From Bdellovibrio sp. (lineage in GTDB: Bacteria > Bdellovibrionota > Bdellovibrionia > Bdellovibrionales > Bdellovibrionaceae): a DNA stretch of 64,000 nucleotides. The translations under genes were made by a program, and so were the position numbers. Positions 12,564 through 23,119 of the stretch are shown piece by piece. The DNA is taken from NCBI GenBank assembly GCA_036676395.1, contig JAKFCY010000003.1, positions 384,001 through 448,000 on the forward strand, read 5' to 3'. Each line of letters begins with the position of its first letter. Position 1 is the first letter of the stretch. The notes below the pieces were generated by a model that was not told the DNA's origin, ran no database searches, and worked only from the letters and a program-made list of their open reading frames with translations.

Positions 12564-12593
12564 AAAGGTCGGTTTAATGCCGGCCTTTTTTTA
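12564..12593 (+). terminator. Intrinsic terminator after atpE
   Basis: AAAGGTCGGT-ttaat-GCCGGCCTTT followed by a T run. Confidence 0.8.
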
Positions 12594-12668
12594 TTTGTAG
12601 AAACGACCGCTCCGCTGGTTACCATCCGTGGCGGGTTTCTTCTGCCAGGAAGGCAGAAGAGTGATGAT

Positions 12669-12699
12669 AAAAAAACCCATACATTTCTGCATGGGTTTT
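12669..12699 (-). terminator. Intrinsic terminator after the PMM gene
   Basis: AAAAACCCAT...ATGGGTTTTT inverted repeat with an A/T tail. Confidence 0.7.
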
Positions 12700-12723
12700 A
12701 ATTCAAAATCTAAATATTAAATT

Positions 12724-14091
12724 TTATAAATATTTGTTCACTACGTTCATTACTGAATCTTGGATTTTCTTTAATCCCGCCTCAGATGATGATTCGAAAC
12801 GAACTACTAATACAGGTTGTGTATTAGAGGCTCTTGCCAATGCCCAGCCGTCTGCGAAACTGATTCTGATGCCATCGATTAGATTTACTTTGTAATCGTC
12901 TGAAGGTTTTAAGAAAGCTTCTTTTACTTTTTCTACGATTAATACTTTTTTCTCTTCGGTTGTATCAATTCTGATTTCTGGTGTGTTGAATGCTGGAGGT
13001 AAACCTTCTAATAATTGCTGAACGTTCTTTCCTGTTTGAGAAAGGATTTCGCAAAGACGTAGACCTGCGTAGGGAGCATCATCGTAGCCGTAGTTTCTGT
13101 CGGCGAAGAAGATGTGGCCCGACATTTCGCCGCCGAAGGGTGCTTTTTCTGATTTAACTTTATCTTTGATTAAGCTGTGGCCGGTTTTCCATAATACCGG
13201 AATACCGCCGTGTTTTGCAATGTCAGCGTACATTCTATCAGAGCATTTTACATCGCCCACTACTTTTCCACCCTTGCTAGTAGCAAGAATAGAGCGTGCG
13301 TAGATTGTCATTAATTCATCGCCGTAAATCATTTTGCCGGTGTGATCAACGATACCGATGCGATCTGCATCGCCGTCAAAGCCGATTCCGCAAATGGCGC
13401 CTGTTTCTTTTACGCGTTTTGCAAGATCAACTAAGTTTTCTTCTACTGTTGGATCTGGATGATGGTTAGGAAAATTTCCGTCTGGTTGTTCGAATAAAAT
13501 TTCTGGAGTTAAACCGACAGCTTCGAATAATCTTTTTACGATCACGCCGCCAGCGCCATTACCGCAATCTAGAACAACTTTGATTGGCTTTAACTGCCCG
13601 AATTCTTTTTTGTAGCGCTCTAAGTATTCTGGAAAAATATCGTGGTCTTTTGAAGCGCCAGGCCCTTGGATGTAATCTTTTTCTGAAATAATTTTGTATA
13701 ATTCTTGGATTTCAGCTCCATGAATTGTGGTTTTACCGAATGAAATTTTAAAACCGTTATATTCTGGTGGATTATGTGAACCCGTTACCATGATGCCGCC
13801 ATCTAAATCTAGCGCGAATGTTGAGAAATAACTGATCGGAGATGTGACCATTCCCAACATGTAAACTTCGGCGCCCGATTCAACGAAACCTTTTCTTAGA
13901 TTTTCGATTAACGGAATAGAAGAAGTTCTGGCGTCGTGGCCTAAAGATAAACGAAAAGATTTTTTACCGGTTTTTTTGTAAACGTAAGAGCAAAAAGCTT
14001 TTCCTAGGTTGTAAGCGAATTCATCGTCGAATTGTTTGTTATAAACTCCACGGATATCGTATTCACGAAAAATAATTGGGCTGATAATCAT
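12724..14091 (-). CDS. Phosphomannomutase/phosphoglucomutase (AlgC/ManB-like)
   Basis: FREYDIRG, TGSHNP phosphoserine, FDGDADR metal loop, GEMSGH, RASNTQP. Confidence 0.95.
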   Translation of the reverse strand: MIISPIIFREYDIRGVYNKQFDDEFAYNLGKAFCSYVYKKTGKKSFRLSLGHDARTSSIPLIENLRKGFVESGAEVYMLGMVTSPISYFSTFALDLDGGIMVTGSHNPPEYNGFKISFGKTTIHGAEIQELYKIISEKDYIQGPGASKDHDIFPEYLERYKKEFGQLKPIKVVLDCGNGAGGVIVKRLFEAVGLTPEILFEQPDGNFPNHHPDPTVEENLVDLAKRVKETGAICGIGFDGDADRIGIVDHTGKMIYGDELMTIYARSILATSKGGKVVGDVKCSDRMYADIAKHGGIPVLWKTGHSLIKDKVKSEKAPFGGEMSGHIFFADRNYGYDDAPYAGLRLCEILSQTGKNVQQLLEGLPPAFNTPEIRIDTTEEKKVLIVEKVKEAFLKPSDDYKVNLIDGIRISFADGWALARASNTQPVLVVRFESSSEAGLKKIQDSVMNVVNKYL

Positions 14092-15071
14092 GTTCTTTTT
14101 CCTCTCAGTAACTGTAAATTTAACTCAATCGCCTCACGCATGGAATTGGCGTTAGCTTTGTTTTTATTGTAAATATCTTTAGCTGTTCCATGATCTACGC
14201 TGGTGCGTAGAAATGGTAGTCCTAACGTAATGTGAACGCCAGAGTCTTGGCCATGGATCATTTTAAACGGGATTAAACCTTGGTCATGGTACAGAGCCAG
14301 GTAGGTCGAATATTTTGACCAGTTACTGGGAAAAAACGCTGCATCTGGAACCAGCGGCTGCGATAAATGTCTATATTTCTTCACTAGCGGTAGTAAAACT
14401 TTTTGTTCGAAAGATCCAACTACACCTTTTTCGCCGGCGTGTGGATTTAAACCTAAAAGACCTACGGGCTTACCACTAGATAGCAGTGTTTGTAATTTTT
14501 TGGCCGCTAAAATACTGCCTGTGAGTTTCTGTGTGGATAAGTCCTTTTCAACATCTTTTAGCGCAATATGATCTGTGGCAATGATGACATTAAACTTATT
14601 GCCGACAAACCCCATAAATAGTGGGTACTTTGGAAAGTAATGACGAAAGATTCCGGTGTGGCCGATAAACTTATAACCCGCATCTTTGATTAAGGTTTTT
14701 GAAATAGGCGCTGTAACTAAGGAATCAAATACTTTATCGCGACAAAGCTCTGTTGCTTCGATAATCCAATCAGCCGCATTAGTTGAAAGCTCTAGGTCGA
14801 ATAAAAAGCGCGAATCAAGAGCCTTGGCGCTTTTTAAAATATAATAAAAAGCTAAGGCTGACTTTGTAGTTTTAAACGTTAGACGTGAAAACTTTGTATC
14901 TAATAATTGAAAATAGCGTTTTTGATTTTTTTCTTGGTTCTTGTCGCGAAATATAAAAAACGATGCGCTTTTTTGCGGACCAAGTTTAGCCAAAGCTTTG
15001 GCTGTAACTTCAAAACCAATACCATCGGGGTCACCGGTGGTAATTGCTACTGCAGAAAATTTATTACTCAT
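14088..15071 (-). CDS. pdxA: 4-hydroxythreonine-4-phosphate dehydrogenase PdxA
   Basis: TTGDPDGIG, GHT, GLNPHAGE, YHDQGLIP, RTSVDHGTA; follows surA. Confidence 0.93.
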   Translation of the reverse strand: MSNKFSAVAITTGDPDGIGFEVTAKALAKLGPQKSASFFIFRDKNQEKNQKRYFQLLDTKFSRLTFKTTKSALAFYYILKSAKALDSRFLFDLELSTNAADWIIEATELCRDKVFDSLVTAPISKTLIKDAGYKFIGHTGIFRHYFPKYPLFMGFVGNKFNVIIATDHIALKDVEKDLSTQKLTGSILAAKKLQTLLSSGKPVGLLGLNPHAGEKGVVGSFEQKVLLPLVKKYRHLSQPLVPDAAFFPSNWSKYSTYLALYHDQGLIPFKMIHGQDSGVHITLGLPFLRTSVDHGTAKDIYNKNKANANSMREAIELNLQLLRGKRT

Positions 15072-16050
15072 ATAGCTTGATGTAGGCGTCTTGTTTTTTA
15101 GATTCAAACCAGTTTTTTAATTGACGCTTGAAATTTTTTTCAACAAGCCCTGCTTTGATTTGTTCTTTGTAGCGTAAAAACATTGGGTCTTGAGTTACTT
15201 TTTTATCTAAAACTTTTAAAATTTGAAAACCACGTGAGGTGCGAACAATTTGCGAAGTTTCGCCAGCCTCTAAATTAGCGACAGCTTTTTCCATTTCGGC
15301 ATTTAGTTCACCAGTTTTAAACTGACCCAAATAACCACCGGCATTTGCATTTGAATCTTCATTATATTTATCGGCTAACGCTTCAAAAGATTCTCCGGCC
15401 TGTAGTTTTTTGTAAACTGCATCAGCACGCTTCAAAGCTTCTGCAGGAGTACCTTTGCGTGGATTAAAGAAAATCATTCCTACTTTAATTTCGTTTACGT
15501 TAGGCTTGTATTTAGGATTACGGTTTTTATATTCGTTGTAGGCGTCTTCGTCAGTAATGCGAAGCTTAGCAACAATTTCAGATTCAAAAAAGCTTTGGCG
15601 CTCTAAGCGTGATTTCAAAGTTTTTTTGTAATCAGCGATGTTGTAGCCCTGCTTTTTTAAATAAGTTTCTAACTCAGTTCTGTTCATCTGATTTTTTTTT
15701 GCCAGATTGCCCATTTCTTCATTAATGCGTTCTTCAGTAAAAGATAGATTTTGGCGTTTAATTTCTGATTCGACTAATTTTTCGCGAATTAAATACTGTA
15801 ATTGACTTGTGCGGCTAGACTTAAGATCTTCGATTTTATCATCTAACAACATCGTATCATCAATTGAACCTTCTTTTTTTAAGCGTGAAGGAATCTCGTT
15901 AAGATCAGATTGTAAAACAGCTTCAGAACCCACCGTGGCGATAATCTTGTCGACCAATTCAGATTTTTTAGTGTTTTCTTTGGCAGGAGCGGCCGTCGAA
16001 ATTGAAGAAATAGACAGTATAAATGTAAGGCAGATAAATAAGCGTTTCAT
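15064..16050 (-). CDS. surA: SurA-like periplasmic chaperone/PPIase
   Basis: Signal peptide, VDKIIATV SurA N-domain, parvulin motif (GESFEALA..GGYLG..GFQILKV). Confidence 0.85.
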   Translation of the reverse strand: MKRLFICLTFILSISSISTAAPAKENTKKSELVDKIIATVGSEAVLQSDLNEIPSRLKKEGSIDDTMLLDDKIEDLKSSRTSQLQYLIREKLVESEIKRQNLSFTEERINEEMGNLAKKNQMNRTELETYLKKQGYNIADYKKTLKSRLERQSFFESEIVAKLRITDEDAYNEYKNRNPKYKPNVNEIKVGMIFFNPRKGTPAEALKRADAVYKKLQAGESFEALADKYNEDSNANAGGYLGQFKTGELNAEMEKAVANLEAGETSQIVRTSRGFQILKVLDKKVTQDPMFLRYKEQIKAGLVEKNFKRQLKNWFESKKQDAYIKLYE

Positions 16051-16065
16051 GCTTTATTTATCTCT

Positions 16066-17052
16066 TTATTCTTCGCGGGTTTCAACGACCAAAGCGTCAA
16101 TAGCAGCATTGTTTCTAAGTATTTTATAGCGCTTAATTTGTTCGTCTAACCAGGCTGAAAACCGCGCAGATTCACGAAGAGAAACGACTTCAGCCAGAAT
16201 CTGTGGCTTGACCTCGTCAAACAGGCGCTGAAAAGACTGCTTGCGCTGAGTGACTTTAAATAAACGATAGCCTTCGGCTACCTGAATGGGACCAATGAGC
16301 TCAGATTTTTTAGAAATAAACAACGGTTCAAGCGGAGACCCTTGCGCGCGTTCAATCCAGCCGTATTTCATTGCGACGGGATTGGCCCGATCTAAAGAGT
16401 ATTCTTTAAACAAACTTTGCAAAGATGATTTGCGGTAAAGTTTTTTAACAACATCAGCTTGGTTTTCATCTTGTAATAAAATGGACTCAGCGTGCACGGA
16501 TTCGTTTTGAAAATATTTAAGTTTATTGTTTTGGTAATGGGCCTGAAGTTCTTCAGCAGTTGGCGTGGCCATTTCTTTGCGAAGTTCAGAAAATAAAACA
16601 TCTCGTTTCAAACCTATTTCGACGGCTTTACGCCAATCTTGGTAAGATTTATTTTGCGAAGCCAATTCATCACGAAAATCTTTATCGCTCGGAAATTGCG
16701 AAATTGTTTTTGCAAGTTCAGCTTCTAAAACTTTTCTATCGATGTGTAATTTTTTGTCAGCGAACCATTGCTCAATTAAGGCGTCGACTAAAAAGTCAGT
16801 GGTTACCTTAGTTTTAAATGTTTTTAAAACAGAAGGATCTTTTGCCGACAAAGGATCAAGTTCTTTGAGGCGATTGGCTAAAGCCATCGAAAATTGGCTT
16901 AAGGTCATGGCGCGATTTTCAACCTGTAGAACGACTTTAGATTTTGTGTTGTAAGAAAAAAGATCGCAGCCTGACAGCAATGCCAGACATACAAAAAACC
17001 CCGCGACGGCGGGGCTTTTGCTAAGCAATAAATTTATCTGAGGTTTACTCAA
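16066..17052 (-). CDS. PpiC-type PPIase/foldase lipoprotein (degenerate parvulin domain)
   Basis: Lipobox LSGC, SurA/PrsA-like layout; likely TTG start overlapping the upstream stop. Confidence 0.75.
   Translation of the reverse strand: MSKPQINLLLSKSPAVAGFFVCLALLSGCDLFSYNTKSKVVLQVENRAMTLSQFSMALANRLKELDPLSAKDPSVLKTFKTKVTTDFLVDALIEQWFADKKLHIDRKVLEAELAKTISQFPSDKDFRDELASQNKSYQDWRKAVEIGLKRDVLFSELRKEMATPTAEELQAHYQNNKLKYFQNESVHAESILLQDENQADVVKKLYRKSSLQSLFKEYSLDRANPVAMKYGWIERAQGSPLEPLFISKKSELIGPIQVAEGYRLFKVTQRKQSFQRLFDEVKPQILAEVVSLRESARFSAWLDEQIKRYKILRNNAAIDALVVETREE
16993..17019 (-). terminator. Terminator-like hairpin inside the 5' end of the PPIase lipoprotein gene
   Basis: Minus strand reads AAAAGCCCCGC-CGTC-GCGGGGTTTTTT. 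Confidence 0.65.
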
Positions 17053-17860
17053 CCAATTTAGAGTTAACATTTACAGGGTATTGTTTTTTTAATTTAGCAA
17101 AAAAATCATCGAATAAAGCTTTTCTTTTTTCGTCAAAAACCGCCATGCGGATTTCACGCTTTGTAGCTTCTTCATATGAACGTTTGCCAGTTAACTTAAA
17201 GATGTGAAATCCAAACGGAGTTTCTACTAAACTAGGAGTTACTTGGTTAAGTTTTAATTTAAGGGCGAAGTCATAATAAGAAGGAACTAAAGTTAAACGT
17301 GACTGCCAACCGATATCACCACCTAAGTTTTTAGTCGTTAAATCATCAGAATACAAACGAACTAATTCTTCAAATGGACGCTTTGATTTTAAAACTTCAC
17401 CTAAGATTTCAGTCGCACGTTTTTTAGCCTCTTCCCGCTGTTGAGGTGTGGCACCCGGCTTAACTTCGATTAAAATATCTGAAACGCGAATTTGAGGATT
17501 TCTTGCGTAGTGTTCTTTCATTTCCTGTTCAGAAACTTTACTTTCTTGAACTTTTTGGCCCAATTCTTTTTCAAGTAAACCTTTGTAAAGCTCTTGGTTT
17601 AAACGGTCTTGAACCATTGGGTCTTTTTCTAAGTTACGTTTTTTAGCTTCTTGTAAGCCAATTTCGTAACGAATAAGATCTTCTAAGAAAAGTTTGCGGC
17701 TTGGCATGTTGGTGATGACTTGCGAAGTCACTTCTTTGTACTTTTTGTTAAACTCATCAAGAGTGATTTTTTTATTTCCAACAGTTGCAACAACGTCAGA
17801 ACCTTTTTGAGCAAAAGCTGACAACGAAAAAGCTAGGCCTAATGATAAAATCCATTTCAT
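17045..17860 (-). CDS. PpiC-type peptidyl-prolyl cis-trans isomerase
   Basis: Signal peptide, FEELVRLYSDD..GGDIGW..ETPFGFHIFK parvulin motif. Confidence 0.9.
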   Translation of the reverse strand: MKWILSLGLAFSLSAFAQKGSDVVATVGNKKITLDEFNKKYKEVTSQVITNMPSRKLFLEDLIRYEIGLQEAKKRNLEKDPMVQDRLNQELYKGLLEKELGQKVQESKVSEQEMKEHYARNPQIRVSDILIEVKPGATPQQREEAKKRATEILGEVLKSKRPFEELVRLYSDDLTTKNLGGDIGWQSRLTLVPSYYDFALKLKLNQVTPSLVETPFGFHIFKLTGKRSYEEATKREIRMAVFDEKRKALFDDFFAKLKKQYPVNVNSKLVE

Positions 17861-17931
17861 GTGCGTATTCCTTTATGCGAGATAAGTCCTATATAAAATG
17901 ATAAGGACTGCCCGCGGACTCGACAATGATT

Positions 17932-18576
17932 TTAAGTTAATTTGGCCGATTGGCTGCGTGCAGCATGAATCTGATTTTTCAGGGAATTTGCCAATTCAGG
18001 AGATCGTGGATCAGTAGTTTTATCAATCGTGAAATTAAACTCTAACCACAATACCGTTAGCTGGGCGAAAGGCTTGGGAAGATAAGTTTTGTTCCATGAT
18101 TTTGGAAAATGCCAGGCGCGATCACAAGTCAGTGCGCCAGCAAAAATTGGCGCTTTCATTAAACGAGCGATTTCAAACACGCCGGGCTTTACTTCATAAA
18201 TTGGACCTTTAGGACCATCCACAGCCATGCTGCAGTTTGAACCTTCTTTGCAAAACTTAAGTAAGCCTTTAAGTGCGGATACTCCGCCACGAGTAGCAGA
18301 GCCGCGCGAAGTTTTTGCGCCTAACAGATGAAGAACTGTATTCATCATCTCGCCGTCTTTTGACGTCGAAGTCATTGTTGCAATTTTATATCTTGAAGCT
18401 AATGAAATCAGGGCCAGTTCATCGCCGTGAAAATGCGCCAAGATAAAAGGTTTTTTTTCTTTCATCATGGTTTTCATAGAATCAGGTTCAATGATGTGAA
18501 CTTTCCAAGTCATCGACAGTGTTCTGTAGATGACCCAGATAATAAAACCTAAAATAAGGCCGCGAATTTTATGCAT
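17932..18576 (-). CDS. Lysophospholipid acyltransferase-family protein (DUF374 type)
   Basis: FHG, S.SKDGE, RGS..RGG, DGPKGP, SW...LPKPF. Confidence 0.85.
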   Translation of the reverse strand: MHKIRGLILGFIIWVIYRTLSMTWKVHIIEPDSMKTMMKEKKPFILAHFHGDELALISLASRYKIATMTSTSKDGEMMNTVLHLLGAKTSRGSATRGGVSALKGLLKFCKEGSNCSMAVDGPKGPIYEVKPGVFEIARLMKAPIFAGALTCDRAWHFPKSWNKTYLPKPFAQLTVLWLEFNFTIDKTTDPRSPELANSLKNQIHAARSQSAKLT

Positions 18577-18583
18577 TAAAAAA

Positions 18584-19552
18584 TTAGTGGTGAAGAGCTT
18601 TTTTAAATTCTTCAGTTAACTTCGGTAAAATTTCAAACGCATCACCTACGATACCGTAAGTTGCTTTTTGAAAAATTGGAGCATTCGGATCATTGTTAAT
18701 CGCAACGATTACTTTTGAACCACTCATGCCGGCTAAATGTTGAATCGCGCCAGAAACACCAACAGCAATGTAAAGTGATGGAGCAACAGTTTTACCTGTT
18801 TGACCTACTTGCATACTGTGTGGAACCCAACCCGCATCAACAACCGCGCGTGATGCGCCAACTGTCGCACCTAAAACATCAGCTAAATCATTTAAAAGTT
18901 TAAAGTTGCCTGCTTCTTTTAAGCCGCGGCCGCCAGAAACGATAACGTTTGCTTCAGTTAAATCTAATTTTTCTGAAGTGCCTTTTACGATTTGTTTGAT
19001 AATTGTTTTTAAAGAAGGAGCCGCAAATGTGTGTTCAGTTGCAGGAGCTGTTTTTGAAGTGTCTGCCGGACCAACAAGTAATTGATTTGCGCGCATCAAA
19101 ACGATTTTAATTGCTGAGTTTTCAAAAGTTCCTGTGGCGAAAACTTTTCCGGCGTATAAAGGCTTTTTAACTTTTACGTCATCGCCAGAAATTGTGATTT
19201 CAGTGCCATCAGAAATTACACCCGCATTTAATTTTGCAGCTACGCGTGGAAATAAATCTTTAGCCGTCGAACCAGCAGAAGCCAGAACGATGGTTGCGCC
19301 AGTTTTTGTAATCACTTCAGAAACTGCTGTCGTAAATAATTCTGGGTTGTACATGTCAAAAGAAGCATCTTTTGCAAAATGGATTTCTTGAGCGCCATGA
19401 TGAGCAAGTTCTGCATTTGCAGTTCCAGCTTGTGTGCCTAAAGCAAAACCAAGAACTGTGTGACCAGACTTAGCAGCGAATTGTAAAAGCTCTTGAGAGC
19501 TTCTTTTAAGTTTATTGTTTTGAAATTCAGCAAATACTAAAATTTTAGACAT
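18584..19552 (-). CDS. etfA: Electron transfer flavoprotein alpha subunit
   Basis: VSGGRG, GASRAVVDAGW, QVGQTGKTV.P.LYIA.GVSGAIQH. Confidence 0.97.
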   Translation of the reverse strand: MSKILVFAEFQNNKLKRSSQELLQFAAKSGHTVLGFALGTQAGTANAELAHHGAQEIHFAKDASFDMYNPELFTTAVSEVITKTGATIVLASAGSTAKDLFPRVAAKLNAGVISDGTEITISGDDVKVKKPLYAGKVFATGTFENSAIKIVLMRANQLLVGPADTSKTAPATEHTFAAPSLKTIIKQIVKGTSEKLDLTEANVIVSGGRGLKEAGNFKLLNDLADVLGATVGASRAVVDAGWVPHSMQVGQTGKTVAPSLYIAVGVSGAIQHLAGMSGSKVIVAINNDPNAPIFQKATYGIVGDAFEILPKLTEEFKKALHH

Positions 19553-19560
19553 ATCGGCTC

Positions 19561-20337
19561 CTATAACACTTTCGCTTCGTCGCGAAGAAGTTTAATTAAT
19601 TCAGCAGCTTGTGCTGAAGCATCGCCAGTTAAAAGTTTAACCGCTGGTTTTTCAGCCGGTAATGTGAACTGAACATATTTTACTTTTTGGTCAGTGGCTG
19701 CGATTCCTAAAGTTGAAAATTCAACTTCTTTGATCACTTTCTTTTTGGCTTTCATGATTCCAGGTAAAGATGCATAACGAGGCATGTTTAAGCCTTTGTT
19801 TGCAGCAATTAATGAAGGATTCATCATTTGCACAACTTCTTTAGCTCCGCCTTCAGCATCACGTTCAACTAAAACGCTTTCGCCTTGGTTTTCAAATTTT
19901 GAAACCACAGAAGTGTGAGGAATTGATAAAAATTCTGCCACCATTTGTGGAACTGAAGATTGGTTGGCATCAATGGCTAATTTTCCAGTGAAAATTAAAT
20001 GAGCCCCGCCTTCAGCTTTAATTGTAGCTGCCAAAGCTTTTGCTGTAGAGAGAGCATCTAATTTTTCATCAGCATTAATTACGATGGCTTCATCAGCGCC
20101 CATGGCTAATGCAGTTCTTAATGATTCAACGGCGCGAGTTTTTGGTCCAGCAGTGATGGCCCACACTTGAGCTGTTGGATTCTTTTCTTTAAATTTTACA
20201 GCTTCTTCTACGGCAAATTCGTCGTAAGGGTTTAAAACCCATTTGATTCCAGCTGTGTCGATTCCATTTTGGTCAGCGGCAACTTTGATTTTTGTTTCAG
20301 TGTCTGGCACTTGCTTAATACACACGAAAATTTTCAT
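19561..20337 (-). CDS. etfB: Electron transfer flavoprotein beta subunit
   Basis: MKIFVCIKQVPD, NPYDEFAVEEA, ALAMGAD, PRYASLPGIMKAKKK. Confidence 0.97.
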   Translation of the reverse strand: MKIFVCIKQVPDTETKIKVAADQNGIDTAGIKWVLNPYDEFAVEEAVKFKEKNPTAQVWAITAGPKTRAVESLRTALAMGADEAIVINADEKLDALSTAKALAATIKAEGGAHLIFTGKLAIDANQSSVPQMVAEFLSIPHTSVVSKFENQGESVLVERDAEGGAKEVVQMMNPSLIAANKGLNMPRYASLPGIMKAKKKVIKEVEFSTLGIAATDQKVKYVQFTLPAEKPAVKLLTGDASAQAAELIKLLRDEAKVL

Positions 20338-20517
20338 GCTTTGATACCTCATTTTTGTTTAATAAATGAACCCATTTGTTCTAGCGCAAGTGCCTGAAAT
20401 CAGACAGTGAATTATAAAAATAACGTGACGCAAAATTTGTGCGGTAAAGCGAGGCGTAAAGTGACAATTTATCCAGGCAAGGTTTATTGTAAGATGAAAA
20501 CATTATGAGAAGGTGAA

Positions 20518-21189
20518 GTGTCTATGTTTGATTTCGTTAAGTCGACAGTCGGTCGAAAATACATCATGGGAATCTCTGGCTTGGTGTGGATGGGTTTTGT
20601 GCTCTCTCACATGGCAGGAAATATGCTGATTCTTGTGAGCCCTGATTTGTACAATGCTTATGGGCATGCAATTTTATCAAACAAGCCGCTGCTTTACGGG
20701 GCGGAATCAGTTTTGGTTTTGGCTTTGATCGTTCACGTGGTGACGGCGATTTCTTTAACCGTAGAAAATCGCAAAGCCAAAGGCTCTCGTTATGCTGTGG
20801 GCGCAAGCGGCGAAAAAGCTTCAACCTTAGCTTCGCGAACTATGGGCATGCAAGGCTCACTGGTTTTGGCTTTCATCATTTTACATTTAGCGACGTTTAA
20901 ATATGGAACCCATTACGACACAACAGTAAATGGCGTGCAAATGCGCGATCTGCATCGCTTAGTTATCGAAATTTTTCAACAGCCTGGCTATGTGGTTTGG
21001 TATGTTGTCGCACTAATTGTTTTAATGTTCCACTTAAGCCACGGTGCTCATTCGATCTTTCAATCATTTGGTTTCTTAGAAAGAAAAATGATTAAGGGAG
21101 TTAGAAAGTTTGCCTGGGTTTATGCAATTATCGTAGTTGCTGGATTCTTATCTCAACCCGCTTACGTATTTTTATTGAGAGGAAAATAA
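20518..21189 (+). CDS. sdhC: Succinate dehydrogenase cytochrome b subunit (5-TM type)
   Basis: [18 protein letters not shown], several conserved His, HLSHG; precedes sdhA. Confidence 0.9.
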   Translation: MSMFDFVKSTVGRKYIMGISGLVWMGFVLSHMAGNMLILVSPDLYNAYGHAILSNKPLLYGAESVLVLALIVHVVTAISLTVENRKAKGSRYAVGASGEKASTLASRTMGMQGSLVLAFIILHLATFKYGTHYDTTVNGVQMRDLHRLVIEIFQQPGYVVWYVVALIVLMFHLSHGAHSIFQSFGFLERKMIKGVRKFAWVYAIIVVAGFLSQPAYVFLLRGK

Positions 21190-21190
21190 T

Positions 21191-23107
21191 ATGTCTTCTA
21201 AACTAGATAGCAAAATTCCTAGTGGCTCGATCGACCAAAAATGGACGAAGCACAAATTCGACATGAAGTTAATCAATCCAGCGAATAAAAGAAAACACTC
21301 GGTGATTGTAATCGGAACAGGCCTTGCTGGCGCATCTGCTGCGGCATCTCTTGGTGAGCTTGGTTATAAAGTAAAAGCTTTCTGCGTGCATGAGTCTCCT
21401 CGCCGCGCCCATTCAGTGGCGGCACAAGGCGGAATCAACGCTGCAAAAAATTATCAAAACGATGGCGACTCAGTTTATCGTTTATTTTATGACACCGTGA
21501 AAGGCGGAGACTTTCGTGCCCGCGAAGCCAACGTTCATCGTTTAGCAGAAGTTTCTGTTAATATTATCGATCAGGCGGTTGCATCGGGTGTTCCATTGGC
21601 TCGTGAATACGGCGGATTACTTTCAAATCGTTCGTTCGGCGGATCACAAGTATCACGCACGTTCTATGCACGCGGACAAACTGGTCAGCAATTATTATTA
21701 GGTGCTTACTCTTCAATGATGCGCCAAGTGGATTTGGGAACTGTTGAATTATATACTCGTCGTGAAATGTTAGATCTAGTTGTGATTGATGGTAAGGCGC
21801 GCGGCGTGATTATCAGAAATTTATTAACGGGTGAAATTGAATCACATGAAGCAGATGCTGTAATCGTTGCTTCTGGCGGATACTCAAACGTATTTTACTT
21901 ATCTACAAACGCAATGGCCTGTGCCGTAACTGCTGCTTGGAAAGCTCATAAAAAAGGAGCTTTCTTTGCAAACCCTTGTTACACACAAATTCACCCGACT
22001 TGTATTCCAGTACATGGTGAAAACCAATCTAAACTAACACTCATGTCTGAATCATTACGTAATGACGGTCGTATTTGGGCTCCATTGAAAAAAGGCGACG
22101 CGCGCCTAGGAAATGATATTCCAGAGTCAGAGCGCGATTACTTCTTAGAGCGCGTTTATCCAAGCTTCGGTAATTTAGCTCCGCGTGACGTAGCTTCGCG
22201 CCAGGCTAAATACCGGGTTGATGAAGGTCACGGTGCTTTAGGTGAAAAATCAGTTTTCTTAGATTTTAAAGACAGTATTAAGCGTTTAGGTGAAGACAAA
22301 GTAGCTGAGCGCTACGGAAATCTTTTCCAGATGTACGATAAAATCACTGGCGAAAATCCATACAAACAACCGATGAGAATCTTTCCAGCTCCGCATTATA
22401 CAATGGGCGGATTATGGGTAGATTACAATCTTGAATCAACAATTCCTGGCTTATTCGTAGCTGGTGAAGCGAACTTCTCTGATCACGGTGCAAATCGACT
22501 GGGTGCTTCCGCACTAATGCAAGGTTTAGCAGATGGTTATTTTGTATTACCACATACAATCGGTAATTATATTGCCAATGCTAAATTAGAAAAAGTGACG
22601 ACAACGAATGATGCGTTCAAACACGCGGCGAATGAAACACAAAATGAATTGAACAAATTCTTAAGCGTTAAAGGTTCAAGATCAGTTGAATCTCTTCACA
22701 AAGAACTTGGCCACATCATGTGGGAAAAATGCGGCATGGCTCGCGATAAAGCGGGCCTTACAGAAGCCATTTCTAAAATCCAAAACTTACGTAAAGAATT
22801 TCATTCAAATGTTAATGTTCCTGGCGAAGTCAAAGGCATTAATAATGAATTAGAAAAAGCAGGCCGCGTAGCAGACTTCATCGAGCTTGGTGAATTAATG
22901 TGTCGTGATGCCCTAACTCGTGAAGAATCTTGCGGCGGTCACTTTAGATCTGAATATCAGGTTGATGGCGAAGCAAAACGTGACGATGAAAAATTCTGTC
23001 ACGCAGCTGCTTGGGAATGGAATGGCTCTGCAGACAAGGCGCAGAATCGTCACCAAGAAGAATTAACTTTCGACAACGTCCATTTAGCGACACGTTCGTA
23101 TAAATAG
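21191..23107 (+). CDS. sdhA: Succinate dehydrogenase/fumarate reductase flavoprotein
   Basis: [21 protein letters not shown]-binding His, QIHPT, HYTMGG, HGANRLG. Confidence 0.97.
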   Translation: MSSKLDSKIPSGSIDQKWTKHKFDMKLINPANKRKHSVIVIGTGLAGASAAASLGELGYKVKAFCVHESPRRAHSVAAQGGINAAKNYQNDGDSVYRLFYDTVKGGDFRAREANVHRLAEVSVNIIDQAVASGVPLAREYGGLLSNRSFGGSQVSRTFYARGQTGQQLLLGAYSSMMRQVDLGTVELYTRREMLDLVVIDGKARGVIIRNLLTGEIESHEADAVIVASGGYSNVFYLSTNAMACAVTAAWKAHKKGAFFANPCYTQIHPTCIPVHGENQSKLTLMSESLRNDGRIWAPLKKGDARLGNDIPESERDYFLERVYPSFGNLAPRDVASRQAKYRVDEGHGALGEKSVFLDFKDSIKRLGEDKVAERYGNLFQMYDKITGENPYKQPMRIFPAPHYTMGGLWVDYNLESTIPGLFVAGEANFSDHGANRLGASALMQGLADGYFVLPHTIGNYIANAKLEKVTTTNDAFKHAANETQNELNKFLSVKGSRSVESLHKELGHIMWEKCGMARDKAGLTEAISKIQNLRKEFHSNVNVPGEVKGINNELEKAGRVADFIELGELMCRDALTREESCGGHFRSEYQVDGEAKRDDEKFCHAAAWEWNGSADKAQNRHQEELTFDNVHLATRSYK

Positions 23108-23119
23108 GTTGAGGATTAT

